Source of the DNA: an uncultured Lachnospiraceae bacterium
GTDB lineage: Bacteria; Bacillota; Clostridia; Lachnospirales; Lachnospiraceae
Assembly (NCBI GenBank): GCA_947588675.1
Contig: CANPYY010000011.1
Location: 1,456 to 65,455, forward strand
DNA length: 64,000 bases
Direction: 5' to 3'
The position numbers and the translations under genes are program-made. Under the pieces are notes generated by a model, which saw only the letters and a list, made by a program, of their open reading frames with translations, did no database searches and was not told the origin of the DNA. Positions 26,396 through 36,877 of the stretch are shown in pieces (the stretch's first letter is position 1; every line of letters begins with the position of its first letter).

Positions 26396-28063
26396 ATGAG
26401 AAGTGACAATGTAACATGCGGTATGCAGCAGGCACCGCACAGATCGTTATTTAATGCTCTTGGACTGACGAAAGAAGAACTTAACAGACCTCTTATAGGT
26501 ATTGTAAGTTCATACAATGAAATTGTTCCGGGACATATGAATATCGATAAGATTGTTGAGGCCGTAAAGCTTGGAGTTGCAATGGCAGGCGGAACCCCGA
26601 GAGTATTTCCGGCAATTGCAGTGTGCGACGGAATAGCAATGGGACATGTGGGAATGAAATATTCGCTTGTGACTAGAGATTTAATAGCTGATTCGACAGA
26701 GTGTATGGCCATTGCCCATCAGTTTGATGCGCTTGTCATGGTTCCTAACTGTGATAAAAATGTACCGGGACTTCTTATGGCAGCAGCAAGGATTAATATA
26801 CCTACTGTATTTGTCAGTGGAGGACCGATGCTTGCCGGACATGTAAAAGGCAAGAAAAGAAGTCTGTCAAGTATGTTTGAAGCCGTGGGTTCTCATGCGG
26901 CGGGAATGATGACCGAAGAAGAAGTTACGGAATATGAAAATAATGTATGCCCTACATGTGGTTCATGTTCAGGTATGTATACGGCAAACAGTATGAACTG
27001 CCTTACGGAAGCTCTTGGAATGGGACTTAAAGGAAACGGAACTATTCCGGCAGTATATTCGGAAAGAATACGGCTTGCAAAAATGGCGGGCATGAAAGTA
27101 ATGGAAATGCTTGAAAAAGATATACGTCCGCGTGATATAATGACAGAGAAGGCATTTATGAATGCCCTTACCGTTGATATGGCGTTGGGATGTTCTACGA
27201 ACAGTATGCTGCACCTTCCGGCAATAGCGCATGAAGCGGGAGTGGACCTTAATCTTGATATTGCAAATGAGCTCAGTGCAAAAACGCCTAATCTCTGCCA
27301 TCTTGCGCCTGCGGGAGATACTTATATGGAAGATCTTAACGAGGCGGGCGGAGTATATGCAGTAATGAATGAGCTTAATAAGAAGAATCTTTTGTATACC
27401 GATATAATGACTGTTACCGGAAAGACCGTAGGAGAGAATATTAAGGATTGCGTTAATAAAAATCCTGAGATAATAAGGCCTATAGATAATCCATACAGTG
27501 AAACAGGAGGAATAGCAGTGCTCAAGGGAAATCTTGCACCGGACTCCTGTGTAGTTAAACGTTCTGCCGTCGTACCTGAAATGATGGTTCATGAAGGACC
27601 TGCAAGAGTATTTGACTGTGAAGAAGATGCAATTGCAGCAATCAAAGGCGGTAAAATTGTAAGCGGAGATGTTGTCGTAATCAGATACGAGGGACCAAAA
27701 GGCGGTCCGGGAATGCGGGAGATGCTTAATCCTACGTCTGCGATTGCAGGAATGGGTCTTGGAGCCAGTGTCGCACTTATTACTGACGGAAGATTTTCAG
27801 GAGCGTCAAGAGGCGCTTCCATTGGACACGTATCGCCTGAAGCTGCTGTGGGAGGTCCTATAGCTTTAGTTGAGGAAGGCGATATAATAAAGATTAATAT
27901 CCCTGAAAATACGATTCATCTCGATGTATCAGATGAAGAACTTGAGAAAAGAAGGGCTAATCTTAAAATAAAAGAATCCGATATTACAACGGGTTATCTG
28001 GCAAGATACAGAGAACTTGTTACATCAGCTAATACGGGTGCAATACTTGATTACAGGAAATAA
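26396..28063 (+). CDS. ilvD: Dihydroxy-acid dehydratase
   Basis: ORF 26378-28063, ATG 26396. Full-length IlvD similarity ([34 protein letters not shown]). Confidence 0.93.
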   Translation: MRSDNVTCGMQQAPHRSLFNALGLTKEELNRPLIGIVSSYNEIVPGHMNIDKIVEAVKLGVAMAGGTPRVFPAIAVCDGIAMGHVGMKYSLVTRDLIADSTECMAIAHQFDALVMVPNCDKNVPGLLMAAARINIPTVFVSGGPMLAGHVKGKKRSLSSMFEAVGSHAAGMMTEEEVTEYENNVCPTCGSCSGMYTANSMNCLTEALGMGLKGNGTIPAVYSERIRLAKMAGMKVMEMLEKDIRPRDIMTEKAFMNALTVDMALGCSTNSMLHLPAIAHEAGVDLNLDIANELSAKTPNLCHLAPAGDTYMEDLNEAGGVYAVMNELNKKNLLYTDIMTVTGKTVGENIKDCVNKNPEIIRPIDNPYSETGGIAVLKGNLAPDSCVVKRSAVVPEMMVHEGPARVFDCEEDAIAAIKGGKIVSGDVVVIRYEGPKGGPGMREMLNPTSAIAGMGLGASVALITDGRFSGASRGASIGHVSPEAAVGGPIALVEEGDIIKINIPENTIHLDVSDEELEKRRANLKIKESDITTGYLARYRELVTSANTGAILDYRK

Positions 28064-28103
28064 AGCGGGTTTAAAATAAATTTGTTTGAGGAGGAAAACA
28101 GCT

Positions 28104-29786
28104 ATGCAGATGACAGGAGCGCAAATAGTAATAGAATGTCTTCTGGAGCAGGGAGTAGATACGGTGTTTGGCTATCCGGGAGGTACAATACTTAATGTGT
28201 ATGATGAATTATATAAATACCAGGACAGAATATGCCATATTCTGACTTCGCATGAACAGGGAGCCGCACACGCAGCGGACGGCTATGCAAGGTCAACCGG
28301 TAAAGTAGGAGTATGTATGGCAACCAGCGGTCCGGGAGCTACTAACCTGATTACAGGTATAGCTACCGCTTATATGGATTCAATACCGCTTGTTGCAATA
28401 ACATGTAATGTAAATGTTCCGCTGTTGGGAAAGGACAGTTTTCAGGAAATAGATGTTACAGGAGTAACAATGCCGATAACCAAGCATAATTTTATAGTTA
28501 AGGACATTAGTGCTCTTGCCGATACTATAAGAAAGGCGTTTAAGATTGCGCAAAGCGGAAGAAAAGGTCCTGTTCTTGTTGATATTGCAAAGGATGTTAC
28601 CGCAGCGAAATTTGATTATGAGAAAGCTGAAAAATATATACCGCACAGAAATACCGGTAATATATCTGAAAAGGATATTGAAAAGGCAGTAAAAGCAATA
28701 AAATCTGCAAAAAGACCTATGATATTTGCCGGAGGCGGCTGCGTAGCTTCAAGAGCAGAAGAAGAACTTATGGAATTTGCCAAAAAGATAGATGCGCCGG
28801 TTACAGATTCGCTTATGGGAAAGGGCGCGTTTGACAATACGCATCCGAATTATACAGGTATGCTTGGAATGCACGGAACCAAGACGTCTAATCTTGGTGT
28901 AATGAAATGTGATCTTCTCATTGCAATTGGAACAAGATTTTCAGACCGTGTACTTGGTAATCCTAAAAGATTTGCCCATAAGGCTAAAATACTTCATATA
29001 GATGTGGACCCGGCTGAAATCAATAAAAATATAAGGGTTGATTACAGCATAATAGGCGACGTTAAGGAAGTTCTTAAAATTCTGAATAGTAAGCTTGAAA
29101 ATCTTGAGCATAAAGAATGGCTTGACGTAATACATGAAATGAAAAATACGATGCCGCTTGTATATGATTTTGAAAATCTTACCGGACCTTCAATCATATC
29201 ATATATTGATAAAGTTACTGAAGGCGATGCAATTATTACAACGGATGTAGGACAGCATCAGATGTGGGCGGCGCAGTATTATCATTACAGAAAACCTGCT
29301 ACCCTTATTACTTCAGGCGGTCTTGGCACTATGGGATTTGGACTGGGTGCATGTATTGGAGCAAAAATCGGCAATCCGGATAAGCATGTAATTAATATTG
29401 CAGGCGACGGATGCTTCAGAATGAATTTGAATGAGCTTGCTACGGCATCAAGATATAATATACCTGTGATACAGATAGTGTTTAATAACCATGTCCTTGG
29501 AATGGTACGCCAGTGGCAGGATTTGTTCTATGGACAGAGGTATTCAAATACTGTACTGCAGGATAAGGTTGATTTTGTAAAGGTTTCAGAAGGTCTTGGT
29601 GTTAAGGCGGTAAGGGTTACGACCAATGATGAATTTAAGGCTGCGTTTGATGAAGCATTGGAACTTAATGAGCCGTACGTGATTGAGTGTATTATTGATA
29701 ATGATAATAAAGTATGGCCTATGGTTGCGCCCGGAGATTCACTTGATAAGGTATTTACGGACGAAGATTTAAATAAAGGGGATTGA
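28104..29786 (+). CDS. ilvB: Acetolactate synthase, large (catalytic) subunit
   Basis: ORF 28086-29786. ATG 28104 follows GAGGAGGA. ThDP-enzyme motifs (GYPGG, TSGPGATN, GGLGTMGFGLGA, GDGCF). Confidence 0.9.
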   Translation: MQMTGAQIVIECLLEQGVDTVFGYPGGTILNVYDELYKYQDRICHILTSHEQGAAHAADGYARSTGKVGVCMATSGPGATNLITGIATAYMDSIPLVAITCNVNVPLLGKDSFQEIDVTGVTMPITKHNFIVKDISALADTIRKAFKIAQSGRKGPVLVDIAKDVTAAKFDYEKAEKYIPHRNTGNISEKDIEKAVKAIKSAKRPMIFAGGGCVASRAEEELMEFAKKIDAPVTDSLMGKGAFDNTHPNYTGMLGMHGTKTSNLGVMKCDLLIAIGTRFSDRVLGNPKRFAHKAKILHIDVDPAEINKNIRVDYSIIGDVKEVLKILNSKLENLEHKEWLDVIHEMKNTMPLVYDFENLTGPSIISYIDKVTEGDAIITTDVGQHQMWAAQYYHYRKPATLITSGGLGTMGFGLGACIGAKIGNPDKHVINIAGDGCFRMNLNELATASRYNIPVIQIVFNNHVLGMVRQWQDLFYGQRYSNTVLQDKVDFVKVSEGLGVKAVRVTTNDEFKAAFDEALELNEPYVIECIIDNDNKVWPMVAPGDSLDKVFTDEDLNKGD

Positions 29787-29869
29787 CATTTATTTAACAT
29801 GCTCATAAAATAGATTGTGGTTTAAACATGTAATAATTGACAGGAATAACCTGGCAGAAGGAGGAAAAA

Positions 29870-30952
29870 ATGGGTAGAGTATATAATTTCTCAGCAGGCC
29901 CGGCTGTATTGCCGGAAGAAGTGTTGAAAGAAGCGGCAGACGAGATGTTGGATTATCAGGGAAGCGGTATGTCCGTTATGGAAATGAGCCACCGTTCTGC
30001 TGTATATGACAGTATAATAAAAGGTGCGGAAAAGGATTTGAGGGAACTTCTTTCAATCCCTGATAATTACAAAGTAATGTTTCTTCAAGGCGGAGCATCC
30101 ACACAGTTTGCAATGATACCGATGAACCTTATGAAAAACAGGGTTGCAGATTATATCATTACAGGACAGTGGGCAAAGAAAGCGTATCAGGAAGCATGTA
30201 TTTACGGTAAAGCTAATGTAATTGCATCGTCAGAAGATAAGACATATTCATATATTCCTGACTGCAGTGACCTTCCTGTAAGTGAAGATGCGGATTATGT
30301 ATATATATGTGAAAACAATACAATATATGGAACAAAATATAAAACGCTTCCAAATACAAAAGGTAAAATTCTTGTATCTGACGTTTCTTCATGTTTCTTA
30401 TCAGAACCTATGAATATATCTGATTATGGAGTTGTATATGGAGGAGTGCAGAAGAACATAGGACCGGCAGGCGTCGTTATTACAATTATGAGAGAAGACC
30501 TTATAACTGAGGATGTACTTGAAAATACTCCTACAATGTTAAAATATAAGATTCATGCTGATAATAATTCGCTTTACAATACTCCTCCTGCATATGGAAT
30601 TTACATATGCGGTAAGGTATTTAAGTGGCTTAAAAACATGGGCGGACTTGAAGTTATGAAGGAAAGAAATGAAAAGAAAGCAAAAATTTTGTATGATTTC
30701 CTGGATTCAAGCGATTTGTTTAAAGGAACTGTAGTGCCGAAGGACCGTTCGCTTATGAATGTTCCATTTGTAACGGGTGATTCAGACCTGGATGCTAAAT
30801 TCGTTGCTGAGGCAAAGAAGGCAGGATTTGAGAACCTTAAAGGACACAGAACCGTAGGAGGTATGCGCGCAAGCATATATAATGCAATGCCTCAGGCGGG
30901 TGTTGAAAAACTTGTGGAATTTATGAGTGATTTTGAGAAGAAAAACAAATAA
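29870..30952 (+). CDS. serC: Phosphoserine aminotransferase
   Basis: ORF 29837-30952. ATG 29870 follows GGAGGA. Signature VYNFSAGPAVLPEEVL and full-length SerC similarity. Confidence 0.92.
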   Translation: MGRVYNFSAGPAVLPEEVLKEAADEMLDYQGSGMSVMEMSHRSAVYDSIIKGAEKDLRELLSIPDNYKVMFLQGGASTQFAMIPMNLMKNRVADYIITGQWAKKAYQEACIYGKANVIASSEDKTYSYIPDCSDLPVSEDADYVYICENNTIYGTKYKTLPNTKGKILVSDVSSCFLSEPMNISDYGVVYGGVQKNIGPAGVVITIMREDLITEDVLENTPTMLKYKIHADNNSLYNTPPAYGIYICGKVFKWLKNMGGLEVMKERNEKKAKILYDFLDSSDLFKGTVVPKDRSLMNVPFVTGDSDLDAKFVAEAKKAGFENLKGHRTVGGMRASIYNAMPQAGVEKLVEFMSDFEKKNK

Positions 30953-30985
30953 TTTAAAATAAATACTTTGAAATGAGGAAGTAAA

Positions 30986-32155
30986 ATGGCAGATAAAAAA
31001 ATTAAATGTCTTAACCCGATTGCGAAAGTCGGACTGGATATGTTTGGCGATGGTTATGAAATAACGGACGATATTAACGAAGCGTGCGGAGTGCTTGTAA
31101 GAAGCGCGTCAATGCATGATATGGAGTTGCCTGAAAGCCTTACGGCTATTGCAAGGGCAGGCGCAGGAGTAAATAATATTCCGCTTGATAAATGCGCGGA
31201 AAAGGGAATTGTCGTATTTAATACTCCGGGAGCCAATGCAAACGGAGTAAAAGAACTTGTAATAGCAGGTCTTTTGATTGCATCGCGCGATATCGCAGGT
31301 GGAATTAACTGGGTAAAGGAAAATGCCGATGATGACAATATAAGCAAAGCGGCAGAAAAGGCAAAGAAAGCATTTGCAGGACATGAAATCCAGGGTAAAA
31401 AACTTGGCGTAATCGGTCTTGGTGCAATCGGCGTTCTTGTGGCAAATGCGGCAAGTGCACTTGGAATGGAAGTATATGGCTGCGACCCGTATCTTTCGGT
31501 AGCGAATGCTCTTAATCTTTCACGTCTTGTACATTGCGTAAAGGATCGTGATGAAATATTTGAAAAATGCGATTATATAACTGTGCATGTACCTTTGTTA
31601 GATGATACAAGAGGAATGATTAATAAAGATACGATTGCACTTATGAAAGATGGAGTTGTTCTGCTTAACTTTGCAAGAGATGTTCTTGTAAATGAGGAAG
31701 AACTTGCACAGGCTCTGGAGTCAGGAAAAGTAGCAAAATATATAACTGATTTCCCGAATACAACGTCGGTTAAGATGAAGAATACAATAGTTATCCCTCA
31801 CCTGGGAGCTTCTACTGAAGAATCGGAAGATAACTGTGCCATGATGGCTGTAAAAGAGTTAAAGAATTTTATAGAAAACGGAAACATTGCCAATTCGGTT
31901 AATTATCCTGCGTGTGATGCCGGGGTATGCACTTCTGAAGGACGTATAACGATATGTCATAAGAATACGCCTAAACTTATTACGGGATGCGCAAGCGTAT
32001 TTTCATCAGAGGGCGTAAATATTGCGCATATGGTTGATAAGAGCCGTGGCGATTACTCATATTCAATTATTGATATTGATACTAAATCTACAGAGGAAAT
32101 GGTTAAAAAACTTGAAGCCATTGATGGTGTATGGAAGGTCAGAATTATTAAATAA
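30986..32155 (+). CDS. serA: D-3-phosphoglycerate dehydrogenase with C-terminal ACT-like domain
   Basis: 389 aa. 2-hydroxyacid dehydrogenase fold (GVIGLGAIG, HVPL, PHLGAST). Adjacent to serC. Confidence 0.85.
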   Translation: MADKKIKCLNPIAKVGLDMFGDGYEITDDINEACGVLVRSASMHDMELPESLTAIARAGAGVNNIPLDKCAEKGIVVFNTPGANANGVKELVIAGLLIASRDIAGGINWVKENADDDNISKAAEKAKKAFAGHEIQGKKLGVIGLGAIGVLVANAASALGMEVYGCDPYLSVANALNLSRLVHCVKDRDEIFEKCDYITVHVPLLDDTRGMINKDTIALMKDGVVLLNFARDVLVNEEELAQALESGKVAKYITDFPNTTSVKMKNTIVIPHLGASTEESEDNCAMMAVKELKNFIENGNIANSVNYPACDAGVCTSEGRITICHKNTPKLITGCASVFSSEGVNIAHMVDKSRGDYSYSIIDIDTKSTEEMVKKLEAIDGVWKVRIIK

Positions 32156-32173
32156 TTATATAGTAACAAAATA

Positions 32174-32214
32174 AAAATCTCGCCAGGCGGTATAAAGTCT
32201 GGCGAGATTTTTTC
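32174..32214 (+). terminator. Rho-independent terminator after serA
   Basis: Stem AAAATCTCGCCAG / CTGGCGAGATTTT followed by a T-run. Confidence 0.75.
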
Positions 32215-32260
32215 TTTAAGGATAAAGTCTGGCAAAACGTATCCGAAAACGGAGGAAAAT

Positions 32261-33562
32261 ATGGATTATAATATGAATTATAAAGAATGCAGGGAATATC
32301 TTAAAACTTTGAATGAAAAATATGGTATATCGCCGGGACTTGATACAATTAAAAAGTTGCTTTCTTTATGTAAAAACCCTGAAGATAATGTGAAAATAAT
32401 ACATGTTGCAGGGACTAACGGAAAGGGTTCTGTATCAACATTTATTTCATACATATTAAGCGCAGGAGGATATAAAATCGGCCGGTATATATCGCCAGCG
32501 GTTAATGGATACAGGGAAAAGATACAATATATTGAAAACGATGAAGTGACATATATATCCGAAACGGATGTAAGCAGATATATAAGCTTACTCAGGAAAA
32601 AATCCGATGAGGTATATTTTGAAACAAAAAAACATCCTACGGAATTTGAAATAGAAACTGCCATGGCATTTATGGCGTTTGCAGATTGGAAATGTGATTA
32701 TGTAGTTCTGGAATGCGGGATGGGCGGCAGGGATGATGCGACCAACGCAGTTGAAAATAAGGAAATATGCGTATTTACTACTATAGCAATGGACCATACA
32801 GAGTATCTTGGAGATACATTGTCCCAAATTGCGGAAAATAAAGCGGGAATATTAAGGAAAGGCGTACGTGCGGTAAGCAGCAGACAGGTTTCGGAAGCTG
32901 CAGACGTATTTATAAAATATGCGAACAGGTATAAGGCTTCGCTTAGTTTTATTTCAGAATATGATATTTTAGAATCTAAGGCAGAAGGGACTGTATTAAG
33001 GTATCGTAAAAAGAAATGGAATATTCCGCTTCCCGGTATATATCAGGCAGAAAATGCGGTTACGGCGATAGAGGCTGTAAAGGCTCTTGACGGGGGAAAG
33101 CTTGATATAAATGATGATATTATCAGAAAAGGGTTAAATAATGCAAAATGGCCGAAAAGGTTTGAAATTGTAAAGGAAAATCCGTATATAATAATTGACG
33201 GCGCACATAATCCATGCGGTATAAAAAGACTTGTGGAAAGTATAAATGCCATATTTCCAAAAAGCAGGTTTTACCGTATAGGCATAATGGGAGTTTTTGC
33301 TGACAAAGACGTGGCAGGAATGGTTTCGGGTATTTCCGGCGTGTTTAATGAGATTCATACGGTTACGGCTCCCGGTATGCGGGGACTTCCCGCAGAAAAG
33401 TTATCCGGCATTATAAAAGACATAACAGGCGAAAAAGCAATATGCCATGAAGGTATGGAGGCAAAAGAGCTTTGTTCGGATATAATTAACGGTGTTTATA
33501 AAGAAACAGAAGATATGGTTATTATTATATTTGGTTCATTGTCCCTTACGGCAGAAAACTAA
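32261..33562 (+). CDS. folC: Folylpolyglutamate synthase / dihydrofolate synthase
   Basis: 433 aa. Mur-ligase P-loop [10 protein letters not shown] and full-length FolC similarity. Confidence 0.9.
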   Translation: MDYNMNYKECREYLKTLNEKYGISPGLDTIKKLLSLCKNPEDNVKIIHVAGTNGKGSVSTFISYILSAGGYKIGRYISPAVNGYREKIQYIENDEVTYISETDVSRYISLLRKKSDEVYFETKKHPTEFEIETAMAFMAFADWKCDYVVLECGMGGRDDATNAVENKEICVFTTIAMDHTEYLGDTLSQIAENKAGILRKGVRAVSSRQVSEAADVFIKYANRYKASLSFISEYDILESKAEGTVLRYRKKKWNIPLPGIYQAENAVTAIEAVKALDGGKLDINDDIIRKGLNNAKWPKRFEIVKENPYIIIDGAHNPCGIKRLVESINAIFPKSRFYRIGIMGVFADKDVAGMVSGISGVFNEIHTVTAPGMRGLPAEKLSGIIKDITGEKAICHEGMEAKELCSDIINGVYKETEDMVIIIFGSLSLTAEN

Positions 33563-33620
33563 TTGTTGCATAGTTAAAGTATCAATGATAGAATATTTTG
33601 ATGATGGAGGTGTATTACTA

Positions 33621-34172
33621 ATGGATAAATCAAAGATTGAACATGCCGTAAGGCTTCTGCTTGAGGGTATCGGTGAGGACCCTGACAGGGAAGGACTTGC
33701 CCGCACTCCATCAAGAATAGCGGGAATGTGCGAAGAATTATTTTCCGGGATGTCGGAATCACCGGAAAAACATTTGTCAAAGACATTTACTGCTGATAAC
33801 AATGAGCTTATTGTAGAAAAAGATATTACATTTTATTCCCTTTGCGAACACCATCTTCTGCCCTTTTACGGCAAAGTCCATATAGCATATGTGCCGGACG
33901 GCAAAGTTGTTGGAATAAGTAAGCTTGCCCGTACGGTTGAAGTTTATGCGAGGAGGGCGCAGATACAGGAACAGCTTACCGGACAGATTGCAGATGCGAT
34001 TATGAATTATCTGAATCCTCGCGGTACGGCGGTAGTGATTGAAGCGGAACACATGTGCATGACTATGAGGGGAGTTAAGAAACCCGGTACAAAAACGGTA
34101 ACGATGGCGGTAAGAGGGTGTATGAAGGATAATTCCGAGTTAAAGCAGACATTTCTTAATTTTATAAAATAA
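33621..34172 (+). CDS. folE: GTP cyclohydrolase I
   Basis: ORF 33492-34172. ATG 33621 follows GGAGG. Motifs [17 protein letters not shown] and HMCMTMRG. Confidence 0.93.
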   Translation: MDKSKIEHAVRLLLEGIGEDPDREGLARTPSRIAGMCEELFSGMSESPEKHLSKTFTADNNELIVEKDITFYSLCEHHLLPFYGKVHIAYVPDGKVVGISKLARTVEVYARRAQIQEQLTGQIADAIMNYLNPRGTAVVIEAEHMCMTMRGVKKPGTKTVTMAVRGCMKDNSELKQTFLNFIK

Positions 34173-34181
34173 AGAACGGGT

Positions 34182-35036
34182 ATGAATGACATGATAATAG
34201 GAAACAGGGAATTTAAAGATGAAGACCGGACCTATATAATGGGTATATTAAATGTTACTCCCGATTCATTTTTTGACGGAGGAAAATATGATAGTGTTTC
34301 CGATGCGCTGATACACACTGAACAAATGATTGAAGACGGTGCAGATATAATAGATGTTGGCGGAGAATCGTCCAGGCCGGGATTTGACATGGTTGGGGAC
34401 GAGGAGGAATTAAAAAGAATTATACCGGTGATTACGGCGATTAAAAAGAGATTTGATATTCCGGTTTCGGTAGATACATTCCATTGGAAGGTTGCCAGGG
34501 AAGCGGCGGCGTGCGGCGCAGACATGATTAATGATATATGGGGTTTGAAATATGGCGGTTCGCATATGGCTGAAGTTGTAAAGGAAACGGGAACTTCCGT
34601 ATGTATAATGCACAATTCCGGTTGTACCGTAAAAGCCGGCGGCGGCAGTCTCCGGGAATTATCAGACGGGTTTTCAACTATTATTGATGATTTAAGGGAA
34701 TCAATCGATATTGCAAAAAAGAATGGAATAAGTGATGACAGAATAATGGTAGACCCCGGTATAGGATTTGCAAAGGACTATAATATGAATATGGCGGCCA
34801 TTGCCAATGCGGACAGATTAAAAGAACTTGGATATCCCGTACTGCTTGGCACGTCAAATAAATCCGTTATAGGGATTACGCTTGACCTGCCTGTAGAGGA
34901 GCGTCTTAGCGGAACTCTGGCAACGAGTGTTTTTGCCGCAATTTATGGATGCAGTTTTTTGAGGGTACATGATGTTAAAAATAATAAGAGGGCAGTCTGC
35001 ATGGCTAAGGAACTGCTTGCCTGCAGGATGAAATAA
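34182..35036 (+). CDS. folP: Dihydropteroate synthase
   Basis: 284 aa. GILNVTPDSFFDGG, DVGGESSRPG, and C-terminal RVHDV. Confidence 0.93.
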   Translation: MNDMIIGNREFKDEDRTYIMGILNVTPDSFFDGGKYDSVSDALIHTEQMIEDGADIIDVGGESSRPGFDMVGDEEELKRIIPVITAIKKRFDIPVSVDTFHWKVAREAAACGADMINDIWGLKYGGSHMAEVVKETGTSVCIMHNSGCTVKAGGGSLRELSDGFSTIIDDLRESIDIAKKNGISDDRIMVDPGIGFAKDYNMNMAAIANADRLKELGYPVLLGTSNKSVIGITLDLPVEERLSGTLATSVFAAIYGCSFLRVHDVKNNKRAVCMAKELLACRMK

Positions 35037-35044
35037 GTTTAGTT

Positions 35045-36754
35045 ATGGGGAGAGATACTATGGATACTATAAGTGTTAAGGATATTACTGTTTTTGCATA
35101 CCATGGCGTGATGGACGAAGAAAATGTAGTTGGTCAGAAATTTGTTATTTCGGCAGATATCGGACTGGATACTTCAATTGCAGGAGATAATGACGATATT
35201 GAAGAATCTGTTGACTATGTTCATGTTTGCAACATAATAAAAAGTTATGCAGAAAATAATACGTTCAATCTTATAGAAACCCTTGCGGAGGGACTTGCAA
35301 AATGCCTGCTTCTGGAATATACGAATATATGCAGCGTGGATATAGAGGTTAAGAAACCCTGGGCGCCGGTTCATATACCGATTGATACCGTATCCGTAAA
35401 AATAAGCAGAAAATGGCATGATGTATATCTCAGCATAGGTTCTAATATTGGTAATAAAAAAGAACATCTGGACCTTGCTATAGAAAGACTTGATGATACT
35501 TGCGGAATACAGGTATGTAATGTATCAGATTATATTATTACTGCGCCTGAAGGTAATGTAGAGCAGGATGATTTTCTCAATGCTGCAGTATATATAAAGA
35601 CAATTCTTTCACCAAACAGCCTGTTAGACATTATACATGATATTGAAAATATGGATGGGCGCAGACGCGATATTCACTGGGGACCGAGAACCATAGACAT
35701 AGATATCATACTTTATGATGATATAACGATTTCGGAAAAAACACTTAAAATCCCGCATCCTGAAGCATACAAGAGAGAATTTGTATTAAAACCGCTTTCA
35801 CAGATAGCGGAAAATATTATACATCCGGCTCTTGGAAAAAGCATAGGCAGGTTATATGATGAACTTGTTAAAGACAGGGATTTTCAAATGGAGGAACAGC
35901 TTGATATAGATTTTGAGAGTATTGATATGCTGGCTGTTAATGAAAATACGCGGATAGCTTTTTTTGGTGAAGAAGGAACATACTCGCAGCAGGCAATGGA
36001 ACGTTTTTTTGGAAAAGGAGGTTATATTTCTTTTTCAAGGCCTACGTTTATTGATGTTATGAAGGCTGTCTGCGACGGCGAAGCTGATTACGGGGTCGTA
36101 CCTATTGAAAATTCATCGACAGGCGGAATTACCGACATATATGACCATATGCATGATTATAATATTTATATTGTGGGAGAGCAGATTATTAAAATAGAAC
36201 ATGCGCTGCTTGGACTTTACGACAGTGAAATTTCCGATATACGAAAAGTTTATTCACATTCACAGGGAATAAGGCAGTGCAATTCGTTTTTTGAAGCTAA
36301 TCCGCATATTACGCCTATTGCGGTTGCGAATACAATAACCGGTGCGAAGACGGTACTTATGGATAACGATATTAGCCAGGCAGCCATTGCATCGGTAAAC
36401 GCTGCGGAATTGTATGGTTTAAAAGTATTAAAAAGCCAATTGAATGAACAGGATAATAACAGTACAAGGTTTATTGTGCTTTCAGCAAAAAAAGAATATG
36501 TTAAAAGTTCCAAAAAAATAAGTATAAGTTTTGAAGCAAAGCATGAAAGCGGCGCGCTGTACAGGATTTTATCGCATTTTTACCGTAATGGCATTAATCT
36601 GGAAAAGATTGAATCAAGACCTATACCTAACAGAACATGGGAATACAGATTTTTTGTTGATATTGCGGGTAATCTTCAGATGCAGAGCGTTAAAAATGCG
36701 CTTGGCGGAGTGCAAAAGGAATCAGAAGGTATGAACATTATTGGAAATTATTAA
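35045..36754 (+). CDS. folBK-pheA: Single ORF fusing dihydroneopterin aldolase (FolB), HPPK (FolK) and prephenate dehydratase with ACT domain (PheA)
   Basis: 569 aa with no internal stop. FolB covers about aa 5-120 (FAYHGV, VDYV). FolK starts about aa 125 (VYLSIGSNIG, GPRTIDIDIILY, IPHPE). PDT starts about aa 303 (RIAFFGEEGTYSQQA, VPIENSSTG). The ACT domain contains ESRP. Confidence 0.85.
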   Translation: MGRDTMDTISVKDITVFAYHGVMDEENVVGQKFVISADIGLDTSIAGDNDDIEESVDYVHVCNIIKSYAENNTFNLIETLAEGLAKCLLLEYTNICSVDIEVKKPWAPVHIPIDTVSVKISRKWHDVYLSIGSNIGNKKEHLDLAIERLDDTCGIQVCNVSDYIITAPEGNVEQDDFLNAAVYIKTILSPNSLLDIIHDIENMDGRRRDIHWGPRTIDIDIILYDDITISEKTLKIPHPEAYKREFVLKPLSQIAENIIHPALGKSIGRLYDELVKDRDFQMEEQLDIDFESIDMLAVNENTRIAFFGEEGTYSQQAMERFFGKGGYISFSRPTFIDVMKAVCDGEADYGVVPIENSSTGGITDIYDHMHDYNIYIVGEQIIKIEHALLGLYDSEISDIRKVYSHSQGIRQCNSFFEANPHITPIAVANTITGAKTVLMDNDISQAAIASVNAAELYGLKVLKSQLNEQDNNSTRFIVLSAKKEYVKSSKKISISFEAKHESGALYRILSHFYRNGINLEKIESRPIPNRTWEYRFFVDIAGNLQMQSVKNALGGVQKESEGMNIIGNY

Positions 36755-36774
36755 GGAATATAATTAGTGCGGTT

Positions 36775-36823
36775 AAAATGGCAGTCCGGTATATAAGATT
36801 ATATGTCGGACTGCCATTTAAAA
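36775..36823. terminator. Bidirectional terminator between convergent fol/pheA and PPIase genes
   Basis: Stem AAAATGGCAGTCCG / CGGACTGCCATTT flanked by A- and T-runs. Confidence 0.7.
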
Positions 36824-36877
36824 TCAGATTTTAAAAGAAGTGTTTATATATAATGTATGTTGATGATGAGCATTGAC

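Noticed and set aside
32192-32233. 12-nt direct repeat ATAAAGTCTGGC (32192-32203 and 32222-32233) upstream of folC, considered as an alternative-pairing or riboswitch element
   Set aside because: The first copy is simply the 3' arm of the serA terminator. The second can pair only 5 nt with the 5' arm. No THF-riboswitch-like core was recognised in the ~45 nt left before folC.
35888-36754. Separate pheA gene starting at the internal ATG 35888
   Set aside because: This is not excluded, but there is no stop codon upstream in frame and only a weak AGGGA 10 nt upstream. The continuous 569-codon frame is what the sequence shows, so the fusion is reported and the internal start is noted within it.
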